Assembly: GCA_964016885.1 (NCBI GenBank)
Contig: OZ024747.1
Span: 75,578,001 to 75,642,000 of the forward strand
Length of the DNA: 64,000 nt
Reading direction: 5' to 3'
DNA from: Eledone cirrhosa
Taxonomy: Eukaryota
The notes under the pieces are model-generated. The model searched no databases, was not told the origin of the DNA, and worked only from the letters and a program-made list of their open reading frames with translations. Each line of letters opens with the position of its first letter. The first letter of the stretch is position 1. Below are positions 14,249 to 27,208 of the stretch, in pieces. The position numbers and the translations under genes were made by a program.

Positions 14249-14283
<35 letters not shown>

Positions 14284-14672
14284 TGTGTGTGTATGTATAT
14301 ATACATATATGTATGTATATGAACATATATATATGTATATATATATGTATGTATAAGTATATAGGTGTATATATATATATGCATGTATATTATATATATA
14401 TATCTATCTATCTATCTATATATATATATATATCTTGCGAGTGTATCAGAATTTGGGTCTGTATCTATGTACATATTTGTTCGTGTATGTACATGTATGT
14501 GTACGTGTGTGTGTGTGGGGTGGGGTGGGGTGGGGTGGGGGGGAGTGTTTACTTGTAAATTCCATTTACCTTGCTAGTATATTTGACATTTATTGCTTGG
14601 AACATTTTATTCCTACATGATCATACAGCAATGAGTTCATCAGAGCATGATAGAAATAATGCCTTCTTATAT

Positions 14673-14871
14673 AGACACAAGCCCAGCAATTTGAAGGGGA
14701 GAGGAAATTCGATTAAATCGTCCCCAGGGCATTACTGGTACTTTATTTTATCGACCCTGTAAAGATGAAAGGCAAAGCTAATCTCGGCGGGATTTGTACT
14801 CAGAACGTAAAAGGCCATAACAATATGCCTCAAAGCATGTTGTCCGACGCTCTACCGATTCTGCCAATCTA
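14673..14871 (-). mobile_element. SINE family 1
   Basis: Reverse complement of the family core (GGTACTTTATTTTATCGACCC...GATGAAAGGCAAAG). Confidence 0.8.
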
Positions 14872-16636
14872 CGAATAATAATAACAATAATGATAAAAAT
14901 AATGATAAAAATAATACAATTATTTTTATTGTCATTGTTCTTGTTGCTGTTATCATTATCATCATTAAATCGACCCTGTTCGTTAAGTACCAGTAACGAA
15001 CTGGAGTCGATTTAATCGATTTGTCCCTCTCACCCAAAATTACTGGTGTTTTGCCTAAAGTAGAAATCATTATTATTGTTATTTTCTATAACATTAGCAG
15101 GTACATTAAATCATTGATGCATGAAAGAAGTGCAACCTAGTCTCACTCCAACACACACACACAGACACATACACAGACACAGACATACACACACACACAC
15201 ACACAAATATACATACGTACATACATGTATATTCACCGCCTTCAACCTAGCACTCGTATACACACAATCATAAACACACAGATAAACTCACACATGTGCA
15301 CATTGGGTTGCACTTGATACAGTTTGTCTCATCTTCCCTGCATCACTCATTTTTGATGAGGCAATATAAGCAATGGGGTTTAACAAGCTGTGACCAACCC
15401 TGACTTAACACATTTTACTGTGGAAATGAGCCAGAATCTAAACCCACCTATAATAATTATAAATTGTTTAAACATACAGAAAAAGAAAGCAGTATTAGAA
15501 AGCACTATAAATGACATAAAGGGGAAGAAAAAGACGCGAAGAGCAAGGACTACTAAAGAAAGGAAGAAAGGGAGAAGGGAGAGGGTGACAGATTTATATA
15601 TACAGAAAATATGTATTTGAATAGATTTATGGGTAAAAGCCAACCGGCAGGTGACCTAGGAGTAAATCCCGAGCAAAATGGTTGTATAGCATCCATGAGC
15701 TTGGTTGGTTTTGCTTAGGTATCTAGCTGGATCAGTTGGAAACGGTTGCTTCTAACAGGACCCACTGGAAGGAGGGTTTGAGGATTCTTCCCCCACGACC
15801 CTCTCATGTGTATGTGGGCGAAGAAAAAAAGATATATTTATATATTAAGGAAGGGCGGTGCCCCAGCATGGCCTCAGGCGGATAGCTGGAACAGGTAAAA
15901 GAGTAAAAGAGCAAAAGAGTAACAAAAAGAAAAAGAAACAACAAAAATAAGAAAAAATAAAAGACAAACTAAAATATATATTAAAAAAAAAGAAATTCTA
16001 AATAGAAAACAAAACAAAATGTACAAGAAACAAAAACAAGAAATAACCTTAATACCGGTCGCTCTGCGACAGGTTTGCAGTTGTACCCTTAGCAGTGGAG
16101 ACTTCTGGTGTCCTCGGCACTAGGGCAACCTCCCTACTCACCACCATAGGCGCTGAGCCGGCCAGCCGCAGGTTTGAGTCTCGCGAGCTGGAATGGCTTT
16201 TCCAGCGCGTCTCCCTTGCTATCCTCCGGGTAAACTCCTCCTCCATTCTGTGGGGAGGCCACCAATACGATTGACTGACTTGTGATTTTATCAGATGAAG
16301 GATATCATTTATATAAATGATAAATACGACACCTCAGAAAATTAGGGGATTAGCTAGCAGTGTAATGAGACATCCACTAATCAATTGGTGACATAATCAG
16401 CTGTCATGAGGAAGTGATGTTAAATCTACTGCAGATTGGAAGAGAAAAGCTATGAAATATAGGTTACAGGGTATAGACAACTCTTCCCAATCTTCTTGAA
16501 AATTATTCAACACGTTAGGAATTCTGTTTCTTTTTCATTTATTTTTTTAGAATCTGTAAGTAGAGAACAATGAGTGTTGAATGTTAGAAAGGCTTCATAT
16601 ACTTTCAAGTGGTGTGTAATTTATAATCTTTATTTA

Positions 16637-16818
16637 GGGCGCGGTGGATTGACAGTATCAGTAGGGAGTCTGACTCCATGCTTTACAGCAAAAAGTTACG
16701 GCCCTTTATGGTCTGAGTTCAAATCCCGCCGAGGTTAACTTTGCCTTTCATCATTGCGGAGTCGATAAAATAAAGCACTGGGATAATTGCTGGCCTTGTG
16801 CCAAAAGCAGAAACAATT
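16637..16818 (+). mobile_element. SINE family 1
   Basis: GCGGTGGATTGACAG...GAGTTCAAATCCCGCCGAGGTTAACTTTGCCTTTCATC. Confidence 0.8.
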
Positions 16819-17054
16819 ATATATATATATATATATATATACATATGTGTATGTGTGAGTATACATATATACATATTTACATATTTTTTTCTGTTTTCCT
16901 CTATTCTCCATTTTGACTTTTTCTACACCTCAGTATCCTTCTTTGTCTGCACATTGGACTACAATCCTTATTCTCTTCTGTCTTACTATTTTCCTCCTTT
17001 GATTAAGCCCTCGTCTTCTCTATATTGGTATAATTTACCTAAAGGCGTAATAAC

Positions 17055-17167
17055 GTGAAATAAAGTGTTTTGCTCAAGGACACAACGCATCAACAAGTCC
17101 GGGAATGGAACTCACAACCTCACGATTGGAAGCCCAACGATCTAACCAATAAGCCATGCGCCTTCAC
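17055..17167 (-). mobile_element. tRNA-derived SINE, family 2 (head plus CORE/V-like GTGTCCTTGAGCAA domain)
   Basis: Minus strand reads GGCGCATGGCTTATTGGTTAG...GTGAGTTCCATTCCCGG...GTGTCCTTGAGCAAAACACTTTATTTCAC. Relatives at about 39895-39990 and 63155-63266. Confidence 0.75.
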
Positions 17168-17449
17168 ACATATATACAAACGCAAACACGCGTAAATGCT
17201 GCTGTATAGGCATAAAAGGTAACAACAACAAGAAAAACATATATAGAAACATTAGAACTAGAGAACAGACCTTGAAGTCTAAATGCTCACATAGGTATAT
17301 CTCATATTTCCAATCAATTCATACACCGGTTATTTCTGGATATTAAGAACGGATATATTAATTTATTGATCTCTGATAGATATCAGATTCTAAGATGACT
17401 CACATTGTATTTTAATCAGAGGCGACAGTAATTCATACGATTTGGGAAA

Positions 17450-17672
<223 letters not shown>

Positions 17673-17931
17673 TTCACGTTAATTTGAATAAGCGCATACG
17701 CACTCATATAACTCTTGAATATACATAAGCACAGACTCACGCAGAAACACACAAACATTCACACAAACACACACATATTTGCATACATGGGTATATATTA
17801 ACATACATGCGTATATATTTGCATAAATGCATATGTATTTGCACATATATTTGCATAATGCTGGAACAGACAGCACAGAAGTGCATACGCACATACACAC
17901 AAACATATGCGTATATATATATACACACACG

Positions 17932-17968
<37 letters not shown>

Positions 17969-18204
17969 AACATATACAAACATTGAAAGACAGAGAGAGA
18001 GAGTGAGAAAGAGAGTGAGAGATAGAGGGAGAGAGAAAGAGTGTGTGTGTGTGCGTGTATGTGTGTGAGAGTGAGAGAGTGAGAGAAAGTGTGTGTTTGT
18101 GTATGTGTGTGAGAGTGAGAGAGTGAGAGAGAAAGTGTGTGTGTGTATGTATGAGAGTGAGAGAGTGAAAGAGAGAGAGAGAGAGTGTGTGTGTGAGAGA
18201 GAGA

Positions 18205-18285
<81 letters not shown>

Positions 18286-18484
18286 AGCTTGAATGAATAA
18301 GCTATTACATAGCTACTATCTATTCAACAAGCAATTATTTCCAAGAATAAAAGAAAGATATAAAATGTCGGTTATTTAAAGACAACGTCAGAGACATAAA
18401 ATATATGAAATACATAATTAACCAGAGTTGTAAATCATCGTCATTGGAGCATCAGAGTTCTGGGGGATACAAGCTTAAATCTTG

Positions 18485-18518
<34 letters not shown>

Positions 18519-18528
<10 letters not shown>

Positions 18529-19701
18529 TACATGAATCAAAGTTCTGTTTAAACCATTTATTCGCTTACAATTGTTTCTTCCAAACCGAGGTTTGGAGTC
18601 TTCGGAGCAATTTTTCAATGATTGTTTACATACATGACCTCCTTTTCAACACAAGAGACATACAGAAACATATGTATATATTGATGCCATTATAATATTT
18701 AGCATGGCAATTTACATTCAAAGATTAAAGTCATATCAAAGAACAAAATTAAAGTTAAAATACAACATTGGCAGTTTACGAAGATAAAGCAAGAGGATAG
18801 TTTGAAGTAGTTAGTGTATGCAATAGATACACATGGGGCATGCACGTGTGTCTTGTTTATATAAGATTCTAGTGCAGCAGGGTGTTATATGTAATACAAG
18901 CACTTTAAGCGGGCAATCAAGAGTATTATGGGGGTTGTATTGGTAAAGTATTTTTTATATGTATGATATAGAAGCTTGTGTGTAGAGAAATATTAAGAAT
19001 ATTAAAAATGAGAAGTAAAACAATGTTATGGTTTTCGTATACACCATTTTCACAATCCAGGAAACGTAATATATAGATTATATGTCCTTCACATAATCTA
19101 CGATGATTCAATATTGGATGCTTAATGAATTATGTTAGAATATTACAGCTTGTTGTTCTATAATCCAATTTTATAGAGCAGGTTGTTTTTGTTGCGAGAA
19201 TTGACATCGTATTATTTTCCGGAAGAGTGTGTGTGATTAAGGGGAGTTAATGCGTGAGGGGAGGTAACTAGCTGATTTCTATAACTAAGTTTATTATCCT
19301 AATGTACATTAAATGGTGTCTCAAATGAGTCCCTATCATATAAGGTTATAAACAGGTTCTAAATTTAAGTATCTAATCTATAAATTACAGTGTAGTCTAT
19401 CAAGAAGTACTAAAGGTGTTCATATTAGGATGATTACCTTCTATCATAGAGTGCCACAACTGAATATTCTATATGAAGAGTCAGAAACAATTGTAAGCGA
19501 ATAAATGGTTTAAACAGAACTTTGATTCATGTAATTTCTATATAACTGCTCTGTAGAAAAACTGATGTTATTACATAGAGCTATTTATCTTACTGGTAAT
19601 AAGGTAGTAATAAATTACTGTCTTTCACTATTTAGGGTTTAAAATATATATAACTATATAAGGTTTTAGTATATACATAACCATAAATAGTATCTTAATA
19701 C
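18519..19701. mobile_element. Inverted-arm Penelope-like remnant in (TA)n
   Basis: Inverted arms at about 18519-18578 and 19483-19543. The right arm starts at the HHR GAAA and continues as a tail. (TA)n flanks. Confidence 0.65.
18562..18610 (-). ncRNA. Type I HHR motif, variant core CCGAAGA
   Basis: Minus strand: TTGCT-CCGAAGA-CTCCAAACC TC GGTTTGGAA-GAAA-CAATTG-TA-AGCGA, with palindromic stem III. Confidence 0.65.
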
Positions 19702-19723
19702 TATATATATATATATATATATA

Positions 19724-20696
19724 TCCTTTCTCTCCTTCTTATGCTCCTTCCACCCCTCCCTCCACTTTACCACCTCTATCTCCACCACCCACGTCCACTT
19801 CTTAGACATCTCCGTCGCCTTCGACCCCTCCCACCCCCCCCCGTCACCTCCGCCTTCTTCAAACCCACCGACTCCCACTCTTACCTCGACTTCACATCAC
19901 CCCACGCACACTAAACACTCTATTCCCTACTCCCAACTCCTCAGGATCCGCCGCCTCTGTAGCCGAGATGCTGACTTCGAGTCCCAGGCCCTTTCCCTAG
20001 TCAGCCATTTCATCCGCAGAGGTTACCCCCCTCTCTCGTCCACACCGCTCTCACCCGCGCCCGTGCTGTCCACCGCTCCACCACCCTCACCCCACGCCAC
20101 CGCACACCCACCCACCGCCTCCCCTTCCCCATCACCTACCACCCCTCCACCTTACCATCCGCCGCCTCTTCCGACGCCTCCAGTCCGACCCCTCCACCTC
20201 CCACATCTTCCCAACCCCACCACTCTCCTCGTTCAAACGCGCACGCAATCTCCGCACCCTCCTCGTCCACAGCTCCCTACCCCCCAACCCACGCTCTATT
20301 CCCCCCCCCCGGTTCCTTTCCGTGTTCTAGGCCCCGCTGCAACATCTGTCCCCACATCACCAACACCACCACCTTCCAGGGTCCCAACGGCCACTCTCTC
20401 TCTGTCCGGCATGCCTTCCGCTGCACCTCCTCTAACCTAGTCTACGGACTCCGCTGCACGGACGTCGCCTGGCGGACAGATTCACTGAGCACCTCCGGGA
20501 TATTCGTCCCGGTGGTAGTTCCCCCATCGCCCGCCACTTTGGTGCCCCTGGACATTCCGCACGCTATCTCACAGTCTGTGGCCTACTCCAATGCCACGGA
20601 ACACCCGCCAATCTCCTCAGAGTTGAACAAAGAACCATCTTCATCTTACAGACCCACACTCCTCCCGGCCTGAACTCCCCACCCTTATTCCTTTAG
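19724..20696 (+). pseudogene. PLE reverse transcriptase C-terminus plus Cys linker plus GIY-YIG endonuclease, frameshifted
   Basis: Manual translation across frameshifts: FHPSLHFT..HFLDI..KPTDSHSYLDF..SIPYSQLLRIRRLCS..FIRRGYP..FKRARNLRTLLV..FPCSRPRCNICPHI..FRCTSSNLVYGLRC/GRRLADRFTEHLRDI..IARHF..EQRTIFILQTHTPPGLN. The YIGET segment is deleted. Confidence 0.9.
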
Positions 20697-21841
20697 CCTT
20701 CGACCGCCCCCTCCCCCCACACATATCCCCCACTAACACCACTAACACACCCCTCCTTTTCACCGCCTACCCCACAACTAACAATACTAACACCTCCACT
20801 CCACCCCTCATCCGACCACCCTTCCCCAACTAACATACTAACATCCCTCCCTTTTTCTCCCCCTCCCCTTATCACACGCACACACCCACCGGTACATATA
20901 TTCACGCGCTCACACTAAACCCACACCCTACCACCACCATTAACCCCCACCCCCACACATCCACCCCACCACCCCGCAACTAACATCACTAACACCCCCT
21001 GACCCCAAGCACACGAACACACGCACCCACTTACACCACCCACCCTACACGCAACTAACATCACTAACACCCCCCTACCCCACGCACACGTACACACACA
21101 CCCTCTTACACCACCAACTCTACACACCCTACCACCACTAACCCCCACTCACACCCGCATTCAACCCTTTCTCCACCTCCCGTATACTAACACCCACTAA
21201 CACCCCCTTCATCAAACTACACACACACCAGTACACCACACTCCCTCCATCGACCCCCACACCCTTCTCTCCCCGCTCCACCCACACCCTATCTCAAACA
21301 CTCACTCATCCCACTAACACCTCTACTAATACACCCCCCTCCTCACTCCAACTTTCACACCTACCCATCCTCGCCCCTTTACCATTCCACCCTACTGCTG
21401 CTATGCCCTCTGACCACCTCCCAGCACACACAGACACACAGCACTCCTACTGCCTTGACCACTTCCTGTTGCGCGCGCACCCCACATCTCCCCTCTTCCG
21501 ACCCATCTCTTCACGGATTACTCACATGTGGACCTTGACCGCGGAATCAACTACCATCCTAGGATTTTACTAACCATTCCACCACATCTTACGGAATCAC
21601 CTTTTTGACTCACCCACACACATACCCCCCAAACATTTTTTTTCCCACACGCCACCTAGACCCACAACACGCTTAAACCCCACACACACGTGCGTTCCAC
21701 CACATATTTACACATTCAGCCTCCGGATTCCTCTCCCCCCACCCCTCTATCCACACACGCAAACACACTCCGACCTACACCCCACCTCACACACACCTCT
21801 TCCTGGACATGCAACCCCGTTCTTCCCCCAACCCTTGCTTT

Positions 21842-21877
<36 letters not shown>

Positions 21878-21920
21878 CACCTACACACACACACCACCTT
21901 CAGCCCTCCCCGCTCGGACA

Positions 21921-22090
21921 CCCCGTCTCCCTCTCCCCACTCCACCCGCCACCACCCCGTCTCCCTCTCCCCACTCCACCCGCCACCACCCCGTCTCCCT
22001 CTCCCCACTCCACCCGCCACCACCCCGTCTCCCTCTCCCCACTCCACCCGCCACCACCCCGTCTCCCTCTCCCCACTCCACCCGCCACCT
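21921..22090 (+). repeat. 34-bp minisatellite x5 within the PLE 3' region
   Basis: CCCCGTCTCCCTCTCCCCACTCCACCCGCCACCA repeated. Confidence 0.9.
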
Positions 22091-22258
22091 CCTACACGCC
22101 CCACCCTTCCACCACCTGTTTTACCCCATTTTAATTTTATTTTGATCATGCTTTTATTTTTAATTTCATTCGCACCGTTTCCTCCCACCCCCTTTTCGCT
22201 ATATGTCTCTCCACCACTCCCCTACAGACCCTTTGAACTCTCTTCCCACACACTTTTC

Positions 22259-22290
22259 ACCTGAAGAAGGGCTTATGCCCGAAACGTCGT
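22259..22290 (+). ncRNA. Minimal type I HHR of the PLE pLTR
   Basis: AC-CTGAAGA-A-GGGC TTAT GCCC-GAAA-CG-TC-GT. Palindromic ACGT stem III is typical of PLE minimal HHRs. Confidence 0.85.
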
Positions 22291-22377
22291 TCCCCACCAC
22301 CACCCCACTCTCAAGAGCGTGAAATTAATAAACATTCGTTGTACTGCCTCTCTGTTTTGTTCCTGTTCAAATTTTCC

Positions 22378-22416
<39 letters not shown>

Positions 22417-25400
22417 TACATTGTTCTATACAGACAAACATACACGCATATATATATATACTACATTGTTCAATACAGACACACACGCATATATATATAT
22501 ATATATGTGTATATATATATATATATATGTATGTATATATATATATACACACACACCAAGGGTAAACATATAACACTATCTGCATGTAGAGCGTTATATG
22601 GAAGAGTGAATGATTGTCAAATAATAGTTTTATACAAAGCTCATTAAATGAGATAAGATCTTATTCATCATTCTCTTTCGTTATATGTCTGTATTCTTGT
22701 CTTCAGTTATTTGTTCTATCAAGGCAGACACTCTGATTTGCTGAGCCAGTGTTTAGTTCATGCCACTGTCTTTTATTTATGAAGTTGATACTGTTTCTTT
22801 ATTCTTATTATCACGCATCTCACCTTTGCTCTTTTAAGTTTCCATTGTTTCCCTGTCATTCGACTGCGGCCATACTAGGTCAGCCATCTTCGTGCGATCT
22901 ATTTTGTCAATGATATCGACCTACATACAGTTCGTAGTTTTCTCTGGTTCTTATTTAAACTATCTCTGTTTGTTGAAGAGCCTTATCATAAAGAATAACT
23001 CAAGCTTCTTTTTTCAAACATGTTTAAGCATACACACATATATAGCACTGATAAATATTTGTATACATTTATGTACATAATCACGAACGTATATGCATTC
23101 GCACATATACATTGTATATAAATACCTAACAACAACAAAAAGATCACTGAACAAAAGGTTTATTTTAATATTGCTGGCAGTTACTTAGAAGTTTTGTTTA
23201 TTGTGGTTTATTCACACAGTCAAAGACATGGCCCTGTGATATCTTGCAATTATATAGCAGAATATCTGAAAATGGTTTTGTTAATTCAAAGGTTTATAGT
23301 GGACAGATCGTTGTAAGTAAATTTGTGGTATGAGATTAAATTAGTTTAAAGTCATAGAGCTGTTTTGTAGTTTTCAAGGATGCTAATACATCACATTTGG
23401 TACAAGACGTTAAATGTCGAGGTATTCACTTCGCAGCAACATGGTTACAAGATGCACTCCATCTCACAGCACTTTATGCAATCTCTTATAACAGATTCAA
23501 ATTGACCAATACTTGAACTTCTTTGCGATTCTCACTGCCAGAAATGTAACTGGTTCGTTGGGAACCTCTCTGCTGAATAACAACAATAACAAATTATCAA
23601 ACCTTCATGCTCTTGTCAGAAAAGTTTGGTCTCTTTAATATAAACTTTAGGCCTTAACTATAATCTCAGCTAGGATTCCAATATTGTGCTCTTCTGATGA
23701 AATGTAGGTACAGTCAAATCCACTCAGCAATCAGTTATGGGGGACTACCTCTATGACTAAAGGCGAAAGCAGGTGTTTCCTTAATTTAGAATCGGTAGGG
23801 TAAAATCAATTAAGATTGCAAGTAATTATCTCCAGTCCTAGCCAGTAGTATCATCCACTTTAAGTATAAGAAATGCTAAAAAAAATAAAATAACAAACAA
23901 AAACGTTGAGATGATGAGATAGAGATGAGAGAGAGAGAGGGAGGGAGAGAGAGAGAAAGAGTGAGAGGGTGGGGAAGAATTCCGATAAGAAAGTAAAGAA
24001 ATAAAATAAATATATATAGAAAATATATAGAAATAAAATAAAATATATAGAGAGAATGGGCGGGAGAAGTGATTAGACAGAAGTAGATGTGAAGTAGCTT
24101 AGAAGTAGATTGAGTGGATTTTAGAGAAAATGCTGGCAACGTGATGTAGGCAGGGGAATTAGATGGAATGCTACATTAGTTGTATGAGGGGGAGAGAAGG
24201 TAGATATAGGATATCTTGTGATTTCTTTGTTTTTACTGGTTAGTTTGGTAGGGAAGAGCTGTGTCATGACCTTTCTTTAGGGTCTTCGAGATTGTTGGGC
24301 AGGAAGATAGAGGGCCCCTTTACATCGAATATCTGGCCCAAATGCTTGCAGCAGAGATGACTCCACTAAATACACCCAAAGGGAAGACTGGGCGTTGAAT
24401 TAATCGATGGATCAATCCTATCACCCAAATAGGCCACAACGCGATTTAAATTTTGAACGCAAAATGGAGCAAACACCGCAAGGCAGTCCATTCAATAGTC
24501 TAGCAATTTCTCGAATTCATAATCCTGAATTAATACTTTGTTTTCGTAGGAGTGTACATGAAAGTATATACGATATGTTTTATGTCTAATGAACATACAA
24601 GAGTCTCGCTATGAATATTATTTTAAAACGCTGTGATCATACTTTATTTTATCCACCCCGAAATGATGAAAGCCAAAAGGTGACTTCGGCAGAATTTGCA
24701 CTCAGACTACATCGAACCCGAACAGATAATGCAAAACTTAAATCTGTCTACCTAACAAGTCATTTCCGACCAGTCCTTTAAAACCTTTACAGGGATACAC
24801 CCTTGATAAGCCCAAAAATATCTGGGATAATTAAATTTGCTAAGGTAAAATTCTATCGTTATCTTGGCACCTTTAATTTTGTAGTGCATTGTATGGCTTT
24901 TAAAATTATTTAAATTTATATTTTATACGACATTGTAACTACGAGGAGAATTCGCCGCCTATAAAGACAGGAATGATAGAAGCGCTATGGGGTGGTGGAG
25001 GGGAGGATTTATCGAGTAGAGAAGGAAATGCCTATGAAAAATGAGACTCAAGATTGTCAGTTTGGGTTACAAGTAGCGATCCACGCTACTTCTCTGTACT
25101 CTACACAACTATTTCTTGAAATTGGATTCCTTGCCACTTTAACATATATATTTTTAACGGCAATAATCCTATTGAATAATAAGCTAGTGGACCCGTCTCG
25201 TCAATAATGACAGCAATCGCGTTGAAATTATTTACTTTTTGACACCCAGGATTAATATGGCATATATACCAGGAATACCGGATATATGAACAATCTGGGA
25301 AATACCGGATATATGAACAAGCTGGGAAAATTGCGTTTTGAAGAATTAATGGTTTGCTCAAGGGAAATTGGTTATTAGTTTATATTGACACGTGGAAATG

Positions 25401-25680
25401 ATTAAAGATAAGAATGATATTTTAATAATTTATTCTTAGGATATAATTACATATGTAGAAATATGAGTAATTTGGGTGAAATATCTATTTAACAGGGTTA
25501 AATGTAAGGTTAGAACACTGGACCTTGGGAATAGAAAGTGAACTTATTGTAACAACATAACAAATAGGAAATGTATCGTATGAGTAAATTGGAAAGACTT
25601 ACAGACTTATTTTTATCTAAAGACATTTTTTCCAATTCCAACCCACCCGTCCCTTCAATCTATCTTATTTATCATTCTTT

Positions 25681-25714
25681 CTTCTGTTGAAGGACTAGCG
25701 TCCGAAACGTTAAG
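25681..25714 (+). ncRNA. Minimal type I HHR motif with core substitution (CTGTTGA)
   Basis: CTT-CTGTTGA-A-GGAC TAGC GTCC-GAAA-CG-TT-AAG, about 85 nt upstream of (CA)n. Confidence 0.65.
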
Positions 25715-25796
25715 ACCCTCTTCCTGCTATATTAAGTGTTAACCTAATATATCCCTTCTATATACTGTACCGATTGTGTTGTTATTTCTGTTTACC

Positions 25797-25871
<75 letters not shown>

Positions 25872-25872
25872 G

Positions 25873-25957
<85 letters not shown>

Positions 25958-26157
25958 AATATATATATAATAATAAAGTATGTTTTCCTATGTGCAAAAA
26001 ATGCACATAGGGACACATGTATTATCCAACCATATACCAATGTGGTTCTATGGCAGGTCAATAAATTAACGAGCCAGAACATATATAATCAAGGTTTAGT
26101 AAATAGAGAAAAAGTTTTAAAATAAATTTTAAAACGTTTACTGTACTTACTATATTT

Positions 26158-26240
26158 ATCCTTACCGCGCAGTTTCAAGTCTCAAAATAAATGGATAATC
26201 CATGCAGAAATCATTGAGAAGAAGACTTTCGTCGGAGGGT
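26158..26240 (-). ncRNA. Type I HHR motif (copy 1, core CCGACGA)
   Basis: Minus strand: ACCCT-CCGACGA-AAGTCTT...GAGACTT-GAAA-CTGCGCGG-TA-AGGAT. Confidence 0.7.
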
Positions 26241-26856
26241 TCTTCTCACTCGGAGAATATAAAATTCCCGAGTTTAAATCACGAGCTGGCGCCATACAGA
26301 ACTGTTTCCGGATGAGAGTGTATGATGAAGAAACAATTTTGTCTAGTGCCGTGTGTAAAGAAAGAAGGCAAGGGCGGAAAGGTCAATGTCCTGCCACTAG
26401 AAATAGCAGCAGTTAAAACGACCAAAATGTTATCTCGACCTTAGGGGGGGATTAATAATAATAAGTACATTAAACTTTTAAAATTTATTTTAAAACTTTT
26501 TCTCTATTTGCTAAACCTTGATTATATATGTTCTGGCTCGTTAATTTATTAACCTGCCATGGAACCCCATTGGCATACGATTGGATAATACATGTGTCTC
26601 TGTGTGCATTTTTTGCACGTAGGAAAACATACTTTATTATTATTAATCTCCCCTAAGGTCGAGATAACATTTTGGTCGTTTTAACTGCTGCTATTTCTAG
26701 TGGCAGGACATTGACCTTTCCGCCCGTGCCTTCTATCTTTACACACGGCACTAGACAAGATTGTTTCTTTATCATACACTCTCACCCGGAAACAGTTCTG
26801 TATGGCGCCAGCTCGTGATTTAAACTCGGGAATTTTATATTCTCCGAGTGAGAAGA

Positions 26857-26940
26857 ACCCTCTGACGAGAGTCTCCTTCTCAATGGTGTTCCGCATGGAT
26901 TATCCATTTATTTTGAAACTTGAATCCGCGCGGTAAGGGT
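26857..26940 (+). ncRNA. Type I HHR motif (copy 2, GAAT in place of GAAA)
   Basis: ACCCT-CTGACGA-GAGTCTC...GAAACTT-GAAT-CCGCGCGG-TA-AGGGT. Confidence 0.7.
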
Positions 26941-27008
26941 AAATATAGTAAGTACAGTAAACTTTTTAAAATTTATTTTAAAACTTTTTCTCTATTTGCT
27001 AAACCTTG

Positions 27009-27047
<39 letters not shown>

Positions 27048-27050
<3 letters not shown>

Positions 27051-27208
27051 AAAAGAATCAGGACCCCGACGGCTGAGCTCCGGCCGTTTCGACAGCTAGA
27101 AAGAGTCGGGGTCCTGACTCTTTTCCTATTACCCACTCTACTACCCTAAGTATCGAGTACTCTGGTGCGTTATGGTCCACCTGGTTCCTTACCACACTTT
27201 CTTTGTTA
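27048..27208 (+). mobile_element. Hairpin family B (fold-back with HHR 3' half plus tail)
   Basis: AGGAAAAGAATCAGGACCCCGAC...GTCGGGGTCCTGACTCTTTTCCT plus tail ATTACCCACTCTACTACCCTAAG. Shared with 46390-46600, 47895-48080 and 55548-55722. Confidence 0.75.

Larger units (their letters stand above)
19724..22380 (+). mobile_element. 5'-truncated Penelope-like retroelement (Neptune-like) inserted in (TA)n
   Basis: Decayed RT-thumb/GIY-YIG coding region, long C-rich 3' region, HHR at 22259-22290 and (TA)n on both sides. Confidence 0.9.
25966..27012. mobile_element. Retrozyme-like element: two inverted, differently permuted copies of a ~488-nt HHR-containing monomer
   Basis: Left arm about 25966-26462 (sense minus). 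Right arm about 26462-27012 (sense plus) has its own ends repeated 488 nt apart (CTAAACCTTG at 26511 and 26999). Microsatellite flanks. Confidence 0.8.

Noticed and set aside
16049-16246. GC-rich 65-aa ORF
   Set aside because: No recognisable motif. Possibly a retroelement fragment, but it cannot be assigned.
17055-17167. tRNA gene
   Set aside because: A/B boxes belong to a SINE head fused to a SINE body, and no complete cloverleaf is seen.
26085-27010. Arm mismatches as fossil A-to-I editing
   Set aside because: Differences are mostly transitions but include both A/G and T/C in both directions plus transversions, consistent with ordinary decay.
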